Notes under the pieces: generated by a model | Told to the model about the DNA's origin: nothing | Seen by the model: the letters and a program-made list of their open reading frames with translations, nothing else | The model's database searches: none | Translations under genes and position numbers: made by a program | NCBI GenBank assembly: GCA_030390025.1 | Contig: CM059432.1 | Span: 135,968,001 to 136,032,000 of the forward strand | Length of the DNA stretch: 64,000 bases | Source: Squalus acanthias | Lineage: Eukaryota | Reading direction: 5' to 3' | Shown here: piece by piece, positions 1 through 12,119 of the stretch | How the letters are laid out: each line of letters opens with the position of its first letter | Position numbering within the stretch: the stretch's first letter is position 1

Positions 1-1059
1 AATCGGGTTTCCATGTTATAGTCCTATCACTGATCCTCACTCCCTGTGAGCATAGCTTTCCCACTGGCATTGTGGAATCAATCTATTCCTCTTAAACATA
101 TATCCCACGTTCCCCAGTGACTTAGTGGTTAAAGGCACTACCTGGTGTAGCACTAAGCCATAGTGCATATGTAAATAAGGGACCTAATGCCTGTTTGAGG
201 CCCCTTGCGCAAGACTGGGTTGCCCTGAACATAACCGGCTGGCTAAATTCAGGAAAACCAGGTCTACACTCGACCTAACCAGTGGTCCTTAAAGAGCTGC
301 TGCAGGCTGCCACCAGAGAGGTAAGTTTTTAAAACATACTTACCTGAATGTGTAGCCGGGTGGTGCAGAGGTACCCCTCCTGGCTCCACATTCAAACCAA
401 CGCTACCAGCCACCGCTCCCCCTCCCTGATGGACCAAATTCACCACCCCTGATCGCCAACAACCCCTCCTGATTGGCCCCCCTCTCCCGGTCGCCTTCCC
501 TTCCCCTTTAAAGACTTACCTGAGGGCTGCTACCAGTGATGTGGTGGCCCTATATTGGCAGTTCCTTCACCGGCAAGCTGCCTGGGGATGCCCAGGTGTT
601 GGTGTCTGCAGCTCGCCGGTGTAATTTAAACGAAGCTCGAGGCCCAGTATCGGGTGAGCCTCGGGCCTACCCGTTCAGGCCCAGGGATCGATCCCTGAGC
701 CCCATTCTACCCCAATGAACCCAACCTCCTCCAATCCTGCACCACAGAAGGTTTCACTTTTCCCAGTCAAAGACGAGAGAGGGTTGCAAAATTTCCACCT
801 GGCACTGCCTTCAGCTTTAAAACTGGGGATGAGGAAGAACTTTTTCTTGGTAAAATTATTTCACTTTCAACGGCTTTAACAATGACTTCTCTTTTTCGGA
901 AAGCAGAACTAATGAAATTTTAATGAATCATATTTGGAAAACAAAGTCATTCACTAAGTAGCTTGCAGCGAAGAAACTATGCTGAGGCTTTCTGTCCGGC
1001 ATGAAACTATGGCTTGTTAAGTTGTCTCTGAGTGTTTCTCTTGTCTGGTATGATAATAG

Positions 1060-1468
1060 GTGTCAGCTGTGGCTCTGAGTCAGAAGGTCATGGGTTCAAG
1101 TCCCACTCCAGTGACTTGAGAACAAAATCTAAGCTGACGCTCCCAGTGCAGTACTGAGGGAGTGCTGCTGTCTTTTGGATAAGATGTTAAACCGAGGCCC
1201 TGTCTGCTCTCTCAGGTGGATGTAAAAGATCCCATGGCAATATTTCAAAGAAGAGCAGGGGCGTTCTCCCAGGTGTCCTGGCCAATATTTATCCCTCAGC
1301 CAACATCTAAAAACAAGTTATTTGGTCTTTCTCTCATTGCTGTTTGTGGGAGCTTGCTGTGCGCAAATTGGCTGCTGCGTTTCCTACATTACAACAGTGA
1401 TTACACTCCAAAAGTACTTCATTGGCTGTAAAGCGCTTTAGAACATCATGAAAGGCGCTATATAAATG
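1060..1468 (+). mobile_element. tRNA-derived DeuSINE (SacSINE1-like)
   Basis: B box GGTTCAAGTCC, Deu-domain-like core (GATGTTAAACCGAGG...AAAAGATCCCATGGC), L2-type tail GGCGCTATATAAATG. An inverted tail fragment follows at ~1469-1520. Confidence 0.85.
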
Positions 1469-2224
1469 AAAAAAAGAAAGACTTACATTTATGTAGCACC
1501 TTTCACGACCTCAGGACGTACAAGTTCATTCTTTGTTTTTTAATGCTAATGTTTTTATAGTGTTCCTAAAATTCCATATGTTCTCCACCTTTGGAATGTC
1601 CCTCACAAGTGAAATAACGCTGAGGTAACAGTATAGTGAGAAATAGAAGCTGAGCGCTTCAGCAGGTGTGCTGTTTAAACCCAAAGAGTCAAGTATGTTT
1701 ACGATGCCAAAGTATTAACTTAAGACTAACTAAAATCATGGCTAATAATGCAAGACAGTGATATTCATTGAGGACATCGAACTGACCACTTGTGACTCCG
1801 TTCATCTGTCTCGGAAATGTGCTGCGCAATGATATGTTCATTGCCCACGAAGGACGAATGTAGCAGGAAGTGGATGGAGTCAGCCTGTTCTGACCTTGGA
1901 GGCCCAGCTGAAGGTCTGCAATGCAGCAATACATTCCCATCTCTGCACTTGGCATGTGCTGCTGAACCGTGTAGACCAACGCGGGAAATTCCACGTCCAT
2001 CACCTGCGATGAAGACTGGGCACCGAGCTCACCAGCGTGGACGTTCTGCAATCAACCAGTACAACAACAACAACTTGCCTTTACACACAGCCTTTAACCT
2101 ACTTCATTGACTGTGAAGCGCTTTGGGACGTCCTGAGTTGGTGGGAGACACTGTATAAATGCAAGCCTTTCTCTTCCTTTACCTGCGTGCCTCAGTTCCA
2201 CAGTCAGCACGCATTTATATGTGC

Positions 2225-2428
2225 CCATGATGCGGAGATGCCGGTGTTGGACTGGGGTGGACAAAAGTGAGAAGTCGCACAACACCAGGTTATAGTCCAA
2301 CAGTTTTATTTGAAATCACAAGCTTTCGGAGCGGCTGCTCCTTCGTCAAGTGACGAAGGAGCAGCGCTCCGAAAGCTTGTGATTTCAAATAAAACTGTTG
2401 GACTATAACCTGGTGTTGTGCGACTTCT
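2225..2428. mobile_element. Palindromic (5'-inverted) Penelope terminal-repeat insertion
   Basis: Two inverted copies of the Penelope 3' end seen at 28085-28210; 13-bp TSD CATTTATATGTGC at 2212-2224 and 2429-2441. Confidence 0.85.
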
Positions 2429-2874
2429 CATTTATATGTGCGATTCAGTTTTCCACTTATCGGTAGGAACTGATCATCCCTGTGAATGGGATGTCTCAGA
2501 TCCATGCTCAGAAATGAACGTTGTGATGTGCAGTTATTTCTTGTTGCTGTAGAATCCACCTGTAATGTCAACAAGGTAGATTCCAGCACACTGACGAACC
2601 ACCTTCCACTTGAAGTGGCTGCGTAATATAAACGGGGCACAAAATTTTGATTCTCCAAAATAGCACACACATGCGCATCTCCTTTGACGAGCAGCGGTAG
2701 AGCAATGATCAAGATTGACGTTAAATGCTATGACCTTGAAATTTCATCGCTTTGCCTACATTACAACAGTGGCCACACTTCAAAAGTGCTTCATTGATTG
2801 GAAAGCGCTTTCGGACGTCCTGAGGTCACGATTGGTGCTACAGAAATGCAAGTCTCTCTCTCTCTCATTGTACG

Positions 2875-3035
2875 AATATCCGCACACAAATGCCTAGCAT
2901 GCTTGTACGCAATTGCTTTGCCCGCTATTTCAATGGAGGTGCTAACCAGTTTATTTTACAAGGATTAGCACCTCTGTTTAAATAGCGAAGAGACGAATTG
3001 TGTACAAACGCATTAACTGTTTGTACATTAATATT
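2875..3035. repeat. Degenerate palindrome, probable old MITE
   Basis: TTGTACGCAATT...CGCTATTTCAATGGAGGTGCTAA mirrored by TTAGCACCTCTGTTTAAATAGCG...AATTGTGTACAA. Confidence 0.5.
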
Positions 3036-3399
3036 TGCTCACTGAACATTTCAAGGCCTATCTGTTTTCGGGCAGGAGGAGAACCTTTGGGAATAGCCCT
3101 GTCATCTTTTTTCTTCGCAACATCAGCCCCTCTTAATAAATGATCTGTACCCAACACTGACAGATATTCAAACTACTCAAACCTCCTGAGATAGCAGAGT
3201 ACTATTAATTCAAAGTTGCTTCATTCAAATTATCTGATTATTCTAAAAGTTTACAGCACTAATTTCCCACTTTGCTGTTATTTACATTGCTTCATTCAAA
3301 TTACTGGTTAATTGAATTCTTTTAGGGCAAAAAATGATTTTCAATTATCAGGGGTATCAGCCCACTTTTTTCCCCTGTGAAGCATACAATTTTGTCCTT

Positions 3400-4330
3400 G
3401 GTTAGGCCTCAGTTAGGCTCCTGTGTCCAGTATTGGTCCCTTTAAATTGTGGGGGGCATTTGAGGCTTTAGAAAGGTGGGCCACAAGATTGACTCCCAGT
3501 TTAAAACACCTTGGCTACCCAGATCGGCTCAAAGAGCAGGGTCTGTATACTTTAGAGAAGCGTAGACTTTGGGGGAGGGACTAGATTATGTTTACGTGGA
3601 CCAATTATTTCAACGGGATAGGTTAGGGAGGGCCAGGTGCCACATTTGCAAGTTATGTAAGGGCAGAACTAGGTTGCATGTTAGGCTGTTCTTCTTTTCC
3701 CAGAGAATAGTGGATCTGTGGAACAGGTTGCTGGCTCGTGCGGTGAATGCTGATTCTCTGTATCCCTTCAAGAGAGAGCTGGATCTGTTTCTGGCAGGGG
3801 CAAAGATCACCTCGTACAGAGGTAGGTATCCTATAATATAAATCAACAACAACTTGCATTTATATAGTGTCTTTAACGTAGCAAAATGTCCCAAGACACT
3901 TCACCGGAGCTTTATCAAACAATCTTTGACACCGAGCCGCCTAAAAGAAGATATTAAGACAGCAAGAGGTAAATTTTAAGGAGCATCTTAAAGGAGAAGA
4001 GAGAGCTAGTGAGGCAGAAAGTTTTAGGGAGGGAATTCCAGAGTTTAGGGCCCAGGTAGCTGAAGGCACGGCCATCAACGGTGGAGCGATGAAAATCAGG
4101 GTCTATGCGATCTCCTGGACTAGTTTCGATCGCCTCAAGGTGCTGGAGAAGAATTTTCTGGATTTTTTTCTCCTAATTGGCTTGGGATTTATCTGTTTTT
4201 ATGCCTCTCCCAGGAGGTTACATGGGTGGGTAGGGAGTGTAGGCATCCTGATGCATCAGGCATCACAACTATACGGGATAGGCTAGATGGAGCAGTTGGT
4301 CTTCTCCTGTCCATCATTTTTGTACGTTTG
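3400..4330 (+). mobile_element. Old CR1 LINE 3' fragment, split by an L2 fragment
   Basis: ORF 3569-3841 contains FFSQRIVDLWNRL...FKRELD (CR1 ORF2 C-terminus); 3'UTR-like sequence resumes at ~4100-4330. Confidence 0.7.
3845..4098 (-). mobile_element. L2-type LINE 3' fragment
   Basis: Reverse complement matches 38950-39225 and 52700-52965; tail ATATAAATGCAAGTTGTTGTT. Confidence 0.75.
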
Positions 4331-4929
4331 CATGGCCTTTGTGAAATGTATTTAGCAAAAATTTTGGAGAAATCATAGAATCATACAGATCAGAAGGCGA
4401 CCATTTGGCCCGTCGTGTCTGTGCTGACTCTTTGAAAGAGATATTTGTTTACAAACACACAAGATGTGCCACACATGTCATTGCATCATTTGCAGTTGAC
4501 ATCATCATGATGAACATGAGGTCTGTTTTTTCTAACTGTTCCCCTCGCCCCCCAAAAAATAAGGTTTATCGGATACTTTATTTTCAAGATGGCAATGCCC
4601 CTTTAGTGGAGAGAAAAAAAGGTAGATTTTCCAATCAATTATGCCCAATAAATGGCCACAAAGTGTGTGTAACCAATCAGAATGCTGTTTACTGAAGTTC
4701 ATTGGAATACCTCTATTATAGGATTTGTGGCAGCATTTTGAGACTATTTCTACATCTTTTTGCTTGTTTCTTTTGCTTCTTTCCTGTTTCTACTGAATTG
4801 GTAAGGAGACTTTGTGTCAAGTTTTGTGTCACTGACATTTTATTTGGTATGTCCATGATATTGGGACAATGGGTTTCCCAATGGGAATCCCTCTTATGTT
4901 TCTGAAGGAGGAAGAAGAGTAATGGAGGG

Positions 4930-5185
4930 ATTCTAGGCAAGTGAGGCTGCACGAGAGCCAGACTGTGCCCATCTGCCAGTACCCTCCCATCTACATCCAT
5001 AGGCAGAGGTGCACCTACCTGGCAATGATCCTGGGGAACCAGCTACACGGGCTCTGTATTAGTGGGCAGCCAGCTGTAGATCTGTGCCATCTGCTGCTAG
5101 GGCATCTGCAGCTAACATGTACCTGAGGGCTGGCCAGTTCCCTCAAGTGTACTTCCTCTGCCTCCTTCCAGGCATACTTCCATCA
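4930..5185 (+). pseudogene. Remnant of PIF/Harbinger (HARBI1-type) transposase N-terminus
   Basis: YPPIYIHRQRCTYLAM...VDLCHLLLGHLQ then SASFQA resemble the Harbinger transposase N-terminal region and the copy at 40650-40820; contains a stop and is cut by a CR1 insertion. Confidence 0.55.
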
Positions 5186-6070
5186 TAGAATCATAGAAGA
5201 TAGGAGCAGGAGTAGGCCATTCGGCCCCTCTAGCCTGCTCCGCCATTCAATGCGATCATGACTGATCATCCAAATTCAGTACCCTGTCCCTGCTTTCTCC
5301 CCATATCCCTTGATCCCTTTAGCCTTAAGAAATATATCTACTCCTTCTTGAATCTATTTAATGAATTGGCTCTACTGCCTTCTGTGGCAGAGAATTCCAC
5401 AGGTTCACCACTCTCTGGGTGAAGAAATTCCTCCTCATTTCTGTCCTAAATGGCTTACCCCTTATCCTTAGACTGTGACCCCTGGTTCTGGACTCCCCGA
5501 CCATCGGGAACATCCTTCCTGCATCTAGTTTGTCCTGTCCTGTCAGAATTTTATAAGTTTCAATGAGATCCCCTCTCATTCTTCTAAACTCCAGCGAGTA
5601 TAAGCCTAATCGACCCAATCTCTCTTCATACGTCATTCCTGCCATCCCAGGTATCAGCCTTGTGAATCTTTGCTGAACTCCTTCCATGGCAAGAACATCC
5701 TTCCTCAGATAAGGCGACCAAAACTGCACACAGTACTCAAGGTGTGGTCTCACCAAGGCCCTGTACAACTGCAGCAAGACATCCTCGCTCCTGTACTCAA
5801 ATCCTCTCGCTATGAAGGCCAACATACCATTTGCCTTCTTAACCGCCTGCTGCACCTGCATGCTTACCTTCAGCGACTGGTGCACAAGGACACCCAGGTC
5901 TCGTTGCACTTCCCCTTTTCCCAATCTATTGCCATTCAGATAATAATCTGCCTTTCTGTTTTTGACACCAAAGTGGATAACCTCGCATTTATCCACGTTA
6001 TATTGCATCTGCCACGCTTCTGCCCAATCACCCAACCTGTCCAAATCATCCTGGAGTTTCTCGGCATCCT
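5186..6070 (-). mobile_element. CR1 LINE, 5'-truncated (RT C-terminus and 3'UTR)
   Basis: ORF 5358-6044 (WQMQYNVDKCEVIHFG...LYRALVRPHLEYCVQFWSP); CR1 3'UTR and TTCTATGA-type tail. Confidence 0.95.
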
Positions 6071-6121
6071 GTCTTATGGGGAGGGTGCCCTAGATTGGTA
6101 AGCAAGGCCACCCTCCCCACG

Positions 6122-6533
6122 AAAGAAAAGAAAGTCTTGTATTTATATAGCACCTTTCATGACCTCACGACATGCCAGAGTGCTTTACAGTCAATGAAGT
6201 ACTTTTGCAATGTAGGAAATGTGTCAGTCAATTTGCGCACAGCAATGTGATAATGATCAGATAATCTGTTTTTTATTGATGTTGGTTGAGTGATAAATAT
6301 TGGCCAGGACAACAGGGAGAACTCCCCTGCTCTTCTTCAAAATAGCGCCATGGGATCTTGCATGTCCACCTGAGAGGGCAGACGGGGCCTTGGTTTAACG
6401 TCTCATCCGAAAGATGGCACCTCCGACAATGCAGTGCTCCCTCTGTACTGTGCTGGAGTGTCAGGCTAGATTTTGTGCTCAAGTCTCACGACATTCTGAC
6501 TCAGAGGTGAGAGTGCTACCCACAGTGCCATGG
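6122..6533 (-). mobile_element. DeuSINE
   Basis: Reverse complement of the SINE consensus seen at 49650-50121. Confidence 0.85.
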
Positions 6534-6810
6534 TCAAAACCTAAATCTTCGCCACGCCCACTTTGCCAGCCATCAAACAGGTGGGTTGCCAGGTTGCATC
6601 GTTCCACCACTTGTTCATATAATTTGTTTCCTGACTCCACAATTATTGTGCCAGTCATTGGATTTTGCCCAGCATTTTTGTTATCCGTGCAACCTTAACA
6701 AAGGCTGAAATGTACATTAAAAAATTATAAGCAGACTTTGTAAAGGCTACCAACGTTTTAGCCCCATATATGACCACTTACCTTTAAGCGACCACATCCA
6801 TTTTAATTTA

Positions 6811-7570
6811 ACATAGAAACATAGAAGATAGGAGCAGGAGTAGGCCATTCGGCCCCTCGAGCCTGCTCCGCCATTCGATGAGATCATGGCTGATCATCCA
6901 AACTCAGTACCCTGTACCTGCCTTCTCCCCATATCCCTTGATACCTTTAGCTTTAAGAAATATATCTAACTCATCCTTGAATATATTTAATGACTTGGCC
7001 TCAACTACCTTCTGTGGCAGAGAATTCCACAGGTTCACCACTCTCTGGGTGAAGAAATTCTTCCTCATTTCTGTCCTAAATGGCTTACCCCTTATCCTTA
7101 GATTATGACCCCTGGTTCTGGACTCTCCGACCATCGGGAACATTCTTCCTGCATCTAGTTTGTCCAGACCTGTCAGAATTTTATATGTTTCGATGAGATC
7201 CCCTCTCATTCTTCTATACTCCAGCGAGTACAAGCCCAATCGACCCAATCTCTCCTCATATGTCATTCCTGCCATCCCAGGTATCAGCCTTGTGAATCTT
7301 CGCTGAACTCCTTCCATGGCAAGAACATCCTTCCTCAGATAAGGCGACCAAAACTGCACACAATACTCAAGGTGTGGTCTCACCAAGGCCCTGTACAACT
7401 GCAGCAGGACATCCCTGTTCCTATACTCAAACCCTCTCGCTATGTAGGCCAACATACCATTTGCCTTCTTAACTGCCTGCTGCACCTGCATGCTTACCTT
7501 CAGCGACTGGTGCACAAGGACACCCAGGTCTCGTTGCACTTCCCCTTCTCCCAATCTATTGCCATTCACT
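6811..7570 (-). mobile_element. CR1 LINE, 5'-truncated, same subfamily as 5186-6070
   Basis: Uninterrupted 221-aa ORF 6904-7569, nearly identical to 5358-6044; (TTTCTATG)n tail. Confidence 0.95.
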
Positions 7571-7790
7571 TATCTATTGCCATTTACTTATTACCCTTCA
7601 TAACCAGCCCTTTAAGAGGCATTACGTGACTTCCCATGCCCCCTCCCCATCTGCTGGAATCTCAATGACAGGCCCAATGTGGGCTGGGAGTGTGGCCCAC
7701 ACTGTATAAATGAGGCGGACCTTGCTAAATCAGGCAAAGTTAGCACATTAATGGGCGATTAATGCCCAATCAGGAAATCTACACCAGTGT

Positions 7791-7935
7791 ATCATAGAAT
7801 CATAGAATAGTACAGCACAGAAGGGGGCCATTCGGCCCATCGAGTCTGTGTCAGCTCTTTCGAAGAGCAATGCTGTTAGTCCCACTCCCCCGCTCTTTCC
7901 CCATAACCCTGCAAGTTTTGCGCCTTCAAGTATCT
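7791..7935 (-). mobile_element. CR1 3' end
   Basis: ATCATAGAATCATAGAAT tail and CR1 3'UTR. Confidence 0.8.
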
Positions 7936-7994
7936 GAATGGCTTTGTCAATGTGCAAACAACCAAGCTGATTTCCAACAAACAAAAATTGTTGC

Positions 7995-8219
7995 ATCAGT
8001 GGTGTTATAATCTGGAATGCACTGCCTGAGCGGGTGGTGGAAACAGATTCAATAGTAACATTCAAAAGGGAATTGGATAAATATTCGATGGAAAACATTT
8101 TCAGGGCTATGGGGAAAGAGCAGGGGGAGTGGGACTAATTGGACAGCTCTTTCAAAGAGCCGAGACAGGCATGATGGGCCGAATGGGCTCCTTCTGTGCA
8201 GTACCATTCTATGATATTC
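7995..8219 (+). mobile_element. CR1 3' end, inverted relative to 7791-7935
   Basis: IWNALPERVVE coding end, 3'UTR and ATTCTATGA tail. Confidence 0.8.
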
Positions 8220-8270
8220 TCCAGCGACCATGTGAAAATATTCATTTCGTTAAGATATATTTTCCAACAG

Positions 8271-8359
8271 CCAGGCCCATCTGGCGAAGGAAGAGCAAAC
8301 ACTGACCGGATAGAGAAGGCAGTTTACTCACATCTCCTCAGACAAGCAACAGTATCCTG
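8271..8359 (+). other. Candidate 89-nt host exon (gene unidentified)
   Basis: Acceptor ATATTTTCCAACAG and donor CTG|GTGAGT; one open frame PGPSGEGRANTDRIEKAVYSHLLRQATVS; not part of a repeat I recognise. Confidence 0.3.
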
Positions 8360-9190
8360 GTGAGTTTGTCAGATTCCTTTATTTTTCTTCACAACAGAAG
8401 CCACTTTCGGCAAAATGATCTGTACCTACTGCTGATTTGAATTTATGGGTTGCACTTCCCTCCACTCCCATAAATAGAAGTCAGAGATCTTCTTTAAAAC
8501 AAAAAAAAAACCCCGTCTAATTCTTTCTGGTTTCCATGACAGCTATAATAATGTTCCAAATGTTCTTATGGTAATTTGCTTTTATTTTCGATTTACAAGC
8601 CTCTTTCACTTCCGATCTCATGAGCCAACCTGCAATAATATTTTAAAGTGGGTCAAGGAGGAAGGCTGGGGATTAGCTGAATAGCTTGGAAGTTGAGTCC
8701 TGTGTGTGCCATTGACTGACAGTCCCTGGAGACCAAGGCTGGTGTTGTCCAGGTGGCCATTCTCAGGCACTGTTCCAATGGCTCTTTATTGCCAATAACT
8801 ATATGACTCGGATCTGTCAATCCCAGCACCCTCCTAAATGTGTGTGACCGGGGAGGTCTGCAGAGCATCACTCCCAGCAGCATGCCTTCCTCTTCACACT
8901 TCATTTCCTCAGACCCTCCAGCTCGAGCAGAGGTCAGTAGGTCGCTCTATTAATACCACTGCCATCAAACCTTACTGCTAAGACAAACTCCCATGAATTA
9001 CTTCTTACCTTACTCGATGTCATTTTAAAAGAAAAGATTGAAACAAAAATATGCTATTCCCTCCTCCCTTTTTTTTTTGGTCTCCGTGTCGGCCCCCTCC
9101 CCACCCCCCACCCCCCACCCACACACTGCCACTGATTGTGGGCAGATAAATTACTCCTAGACCTCTGCGATTGCCGTTCAGTAATTTGCT

Positions 9191-9614
9191 TGTCGGCCGT
9201 GGCTCAGTGGGTAGCACTCCCAACTCTGAGTTAGAAGGATTGTGGGTTCACAGTCCCACTCCAGAGACTTGAGCACAAATCTAGGCTGACACTCCCAGTG
9301 CAGTACTGAGGGTGTGCTGCACTGTCAGAGGTGCTGTCTTACAGCTGAGGCGTTAAACCAAGGTCTGCCCTCTCAGGTGGATGTAAAGGACCCCAGGGTG
9401 CTATTTTGAAGCAGAGCAGGCGAGTTATCCCTGGTGTCCGAGCCAATATTTAGCTCTCAGCCAACATCACTAAAGCGGATGATCTGGTCATTATCACTTT
9501 GCTGTTTGTGGGAGCTTGTTGTGTACAAATTGGCTGCCGTGTTTCCTACATTACAACAGTGACTACACTTCAAAAGTGCTTCATTGGCTGTAAAGTGCTT
9601 TGGGACGTCCTGAG
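9191..9614 (+). mobile_element. DeuSINE
   Basis: A box TGGCTCAGTGG, B-box-like GGTTCACAGTCC, Deu core; tail truncated. Confidence 0.85.
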
Positions 9615-9639
9615 ATTAGCATCTGCGATTCTGGGCCCA

Positions 9640-9941
9640 TATAAGAACATAATAAGAAATAGGAGCAGAAGTAGGCCAATCGGCCCCTCGAGCCTGCTCC
9701 GCCATTCAATAAGATCATGGCTGATCTGATCCTCACCTCAAATCTAAAGAACACAAGAAGTAGGAGCAGGACCCGGCCACTCAGCCCCTGGGCCCGCTCC
9801 GCCACCCACAGGGCCTTGACCGATCCGAACTCAGCCTCATGTCCAATTTCCTGCCCGCTCCCCGTAACCCCTAATTCCCTTTACTTCTAGGAAACTGTCT
9901 ATTTCTGTTTTAAATTTATTTAATGATGTAGCTTCCACAGC
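9640..9941 (-). mobile_element. CR1 3' end with tandemly duplicated terminal unit
   Basis: Two successive AAGAA(A/G)TAGGAGCAG...GGCC...CCCCT...GCTCCGCCA units followed by the ORF2 end. Confidence 0.75.
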
Positions 9942-10362
9942 TCAGGTCTTCTCAAAGAATGCCACTGTGGCTTTCCTGCTAGACAGCGGGAAGAGGATCT
10001 GGGCCAGAAGAGGCCATTTAATGTAAGCAGTGCTCCTCCAGGCCCCACAAGGAAAGTATAAGCCTCCCCAGTCCCGGGCTCTCCCCCTTCCCTGCAAGCA
10101 AAATGCATAGCTTCAATGACTGAAAATGTTTAAGGTATTAAGCATAAATTGCTGCAAATGACTTTTATTGAGCAATAAAATCATAACCCAATTTGTAATT
10201 TTTATTATGTTTATGGTGCAGTCAAACTCAAAATACAATTAGTAGATTGTAATGTTTATTACCACTGTCAAACCCATAATATAATCCAGACACTTTACAA
10301 TATTGATGCATGTTGCATTGGATCTATCTGTATGAATGTTTATCTCTGTGATCCATTCATTT

Positions 10363-11500
10363 TAGGAACATAGGACCAGGAGCAGGCCATTCAGCCCCTC
10401 GAGCCTGTTCCGTCATTCAATTAGATCATAGTTGATCTGTATCTTAACTCTATCCGTCTTGATTCCATATCCTTTAATACCCTTACCTAACATAAATTTA
10501 TCAATCTAATTTTTGAAATTTCCAATTGACCCAGCCTCAACAGCCTTTCGAGGGAGAGAGTTCCAGATTCCCACTGCCCTTTGTGTGATGAAGTGCTTCC
10601 TGACATCACCCCTGAATGGCATGGCTCTGATTTTAAGGTTATGCCCCCTTGTTCTAGACTCCCCACCAAACAAAATAATTTCTCTCTATCTACCCCATCA
10701 TATCCTTTAATCATCTTAAACACTTCAATTAGATCACCCCTTAATCTTCTATACTCAAGGGAATACAAGCCTCGTCTAAGCAATCTGACGAAAGGTCTTC
10801 GACCTGAAACGTTAACTCTGTTTCTCTCTCCACGGATGCTGCCTGGCCTGCTGAGTTTTTCCAGCGTTTTCTGTTGTTATTTCGGATTTCCAGCATCCGC
10901 AGTATTTTGCTATCGCCTCGTCTATGCAACCTGTCCTCCTAACGTAACCCTTTTAGCACTGGTATCATTCTGGTGAATCTGTGCTGCACCCCCTCTAAGG
11001 CCAATATATCCTTTCTGAGGTTCGGTGCACAGAACTCAGTACTCCAGATGTGGTCTAACCCAAGCTCGATACAATTGTAGCATAACTTCCATCCCTTTGT
11101 ATTCCAGCCCCCTTGAGATGAAAGCTAACATGCCATTAACCATTTAAATTATTTTTTGTACCTGTCCACTAGCTTTTAGTGATTTCTATACATGGACCCC
11201 TGAATCTCACTGCTTCTCCACAGTTCCCAGCTTCTTATCATTTAGAAAATACACTGATCTATCGTTCGAAGGTCCAAAGTGGATGACCTCACACTTCCCC
11301 ACATTGAACTCCATCTGCCACAGTTTTGCCCACTCACTTAATCTATCAATGTCCCTTTGCAACTTTCTGCTCCCAATCTACTTATTGTGCCACCTAACTT
11401 AGTGTCGTCAGCAAACTTGGATATACAACTCCCTATTCCTTCATCTAAGTCATTGATAAATATAGCGAAAAGCTGAGGCCCCAGTACAGATCTCTGGGGA
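10363..11500 (-). mobile_element. CR1 LINE fragment (RT), interrupted by a Penelope end
   Basis: GLYSLEYRRLRGDLIEVFK; reverse complement of GTGTCGTCAGCAAACTTGG encodes KFADDT. Confidence 0.9.
10784..10914 (+). mobile_element. Penelope (family 2) terminal fragment beginning at the hammerhead core
   Basis: CTGACGA-AAGGTCTTCGACCT-GAAA-CGTT-AACT; 15-bp TSD GCCTCGTCTA(A/T)GCAA at 10769-10783 and 10915-10929. Confidence 0.8.
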
Positions 11501-12119
11501 TCACAGTTTTTTGAATGTGTTTGTTTTTATCACATCTAAAATGGGGATTAGACAGGTGTGCACCATTTATAGTATGACAGTATAACCAAACTGTCTGAAT
11601 TGATTGCTTTAAATAACAGGGCTGACATCAACTCCAGCAAGCAAACATTAAAATGCTAGTAGTGCCCTTAGAGGATCCTGCATTAATAAATGGTTAAATC
11701 TCAATGGATTGTCAGTAAAAATACAAGTTTTGATTACGGATAGATCTGTGCAGACTTGGAAGCTGTAAATTACTTAGTTACATGCACTTTAATAAATGCA
11801 TTCACAGGCTATTTTATTTTGTACACACAACAGTAGACCTTAAAACAGTACTTTGTGTCATTCAATTGAATGGAAAGAGTCACATGAAAGTGTTTATCCA
11901 TTGTTCCACAGGAATCCTCTCCTCATTTGCACCAAAGTAAAGGGAGTTACCACTTGTTTACATACCTGTAAATCTTCTGTTATAAACCCAGATTATTACA
12001 GTTCCCTGGCAGACTAACCCTCTCCCCAGGCCAAACAGAAGAAAATAAAAGAAGGATATGACACAAAGTAGGGTTTTTTTAGTTGTAATTTCAAATCAAC
12101 TAAACATCTTGCCTTAATA

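Noticed and set aside
1689..2110. Overlapping 97-120 aa ORFs in unique sequence
   Set aside because: No recognisable domain or convincing splice sites.
5186..7570. Two similar CR1 copies as LTRs or a segmental duplication
   Set aside because: Truncation points differ and the flanks are unrelated, consistent with independent insertions.
8695..8760. Faint resemblance to an LF-SINE 3' end
   Set aside because: The match is too short to support without an alignment.
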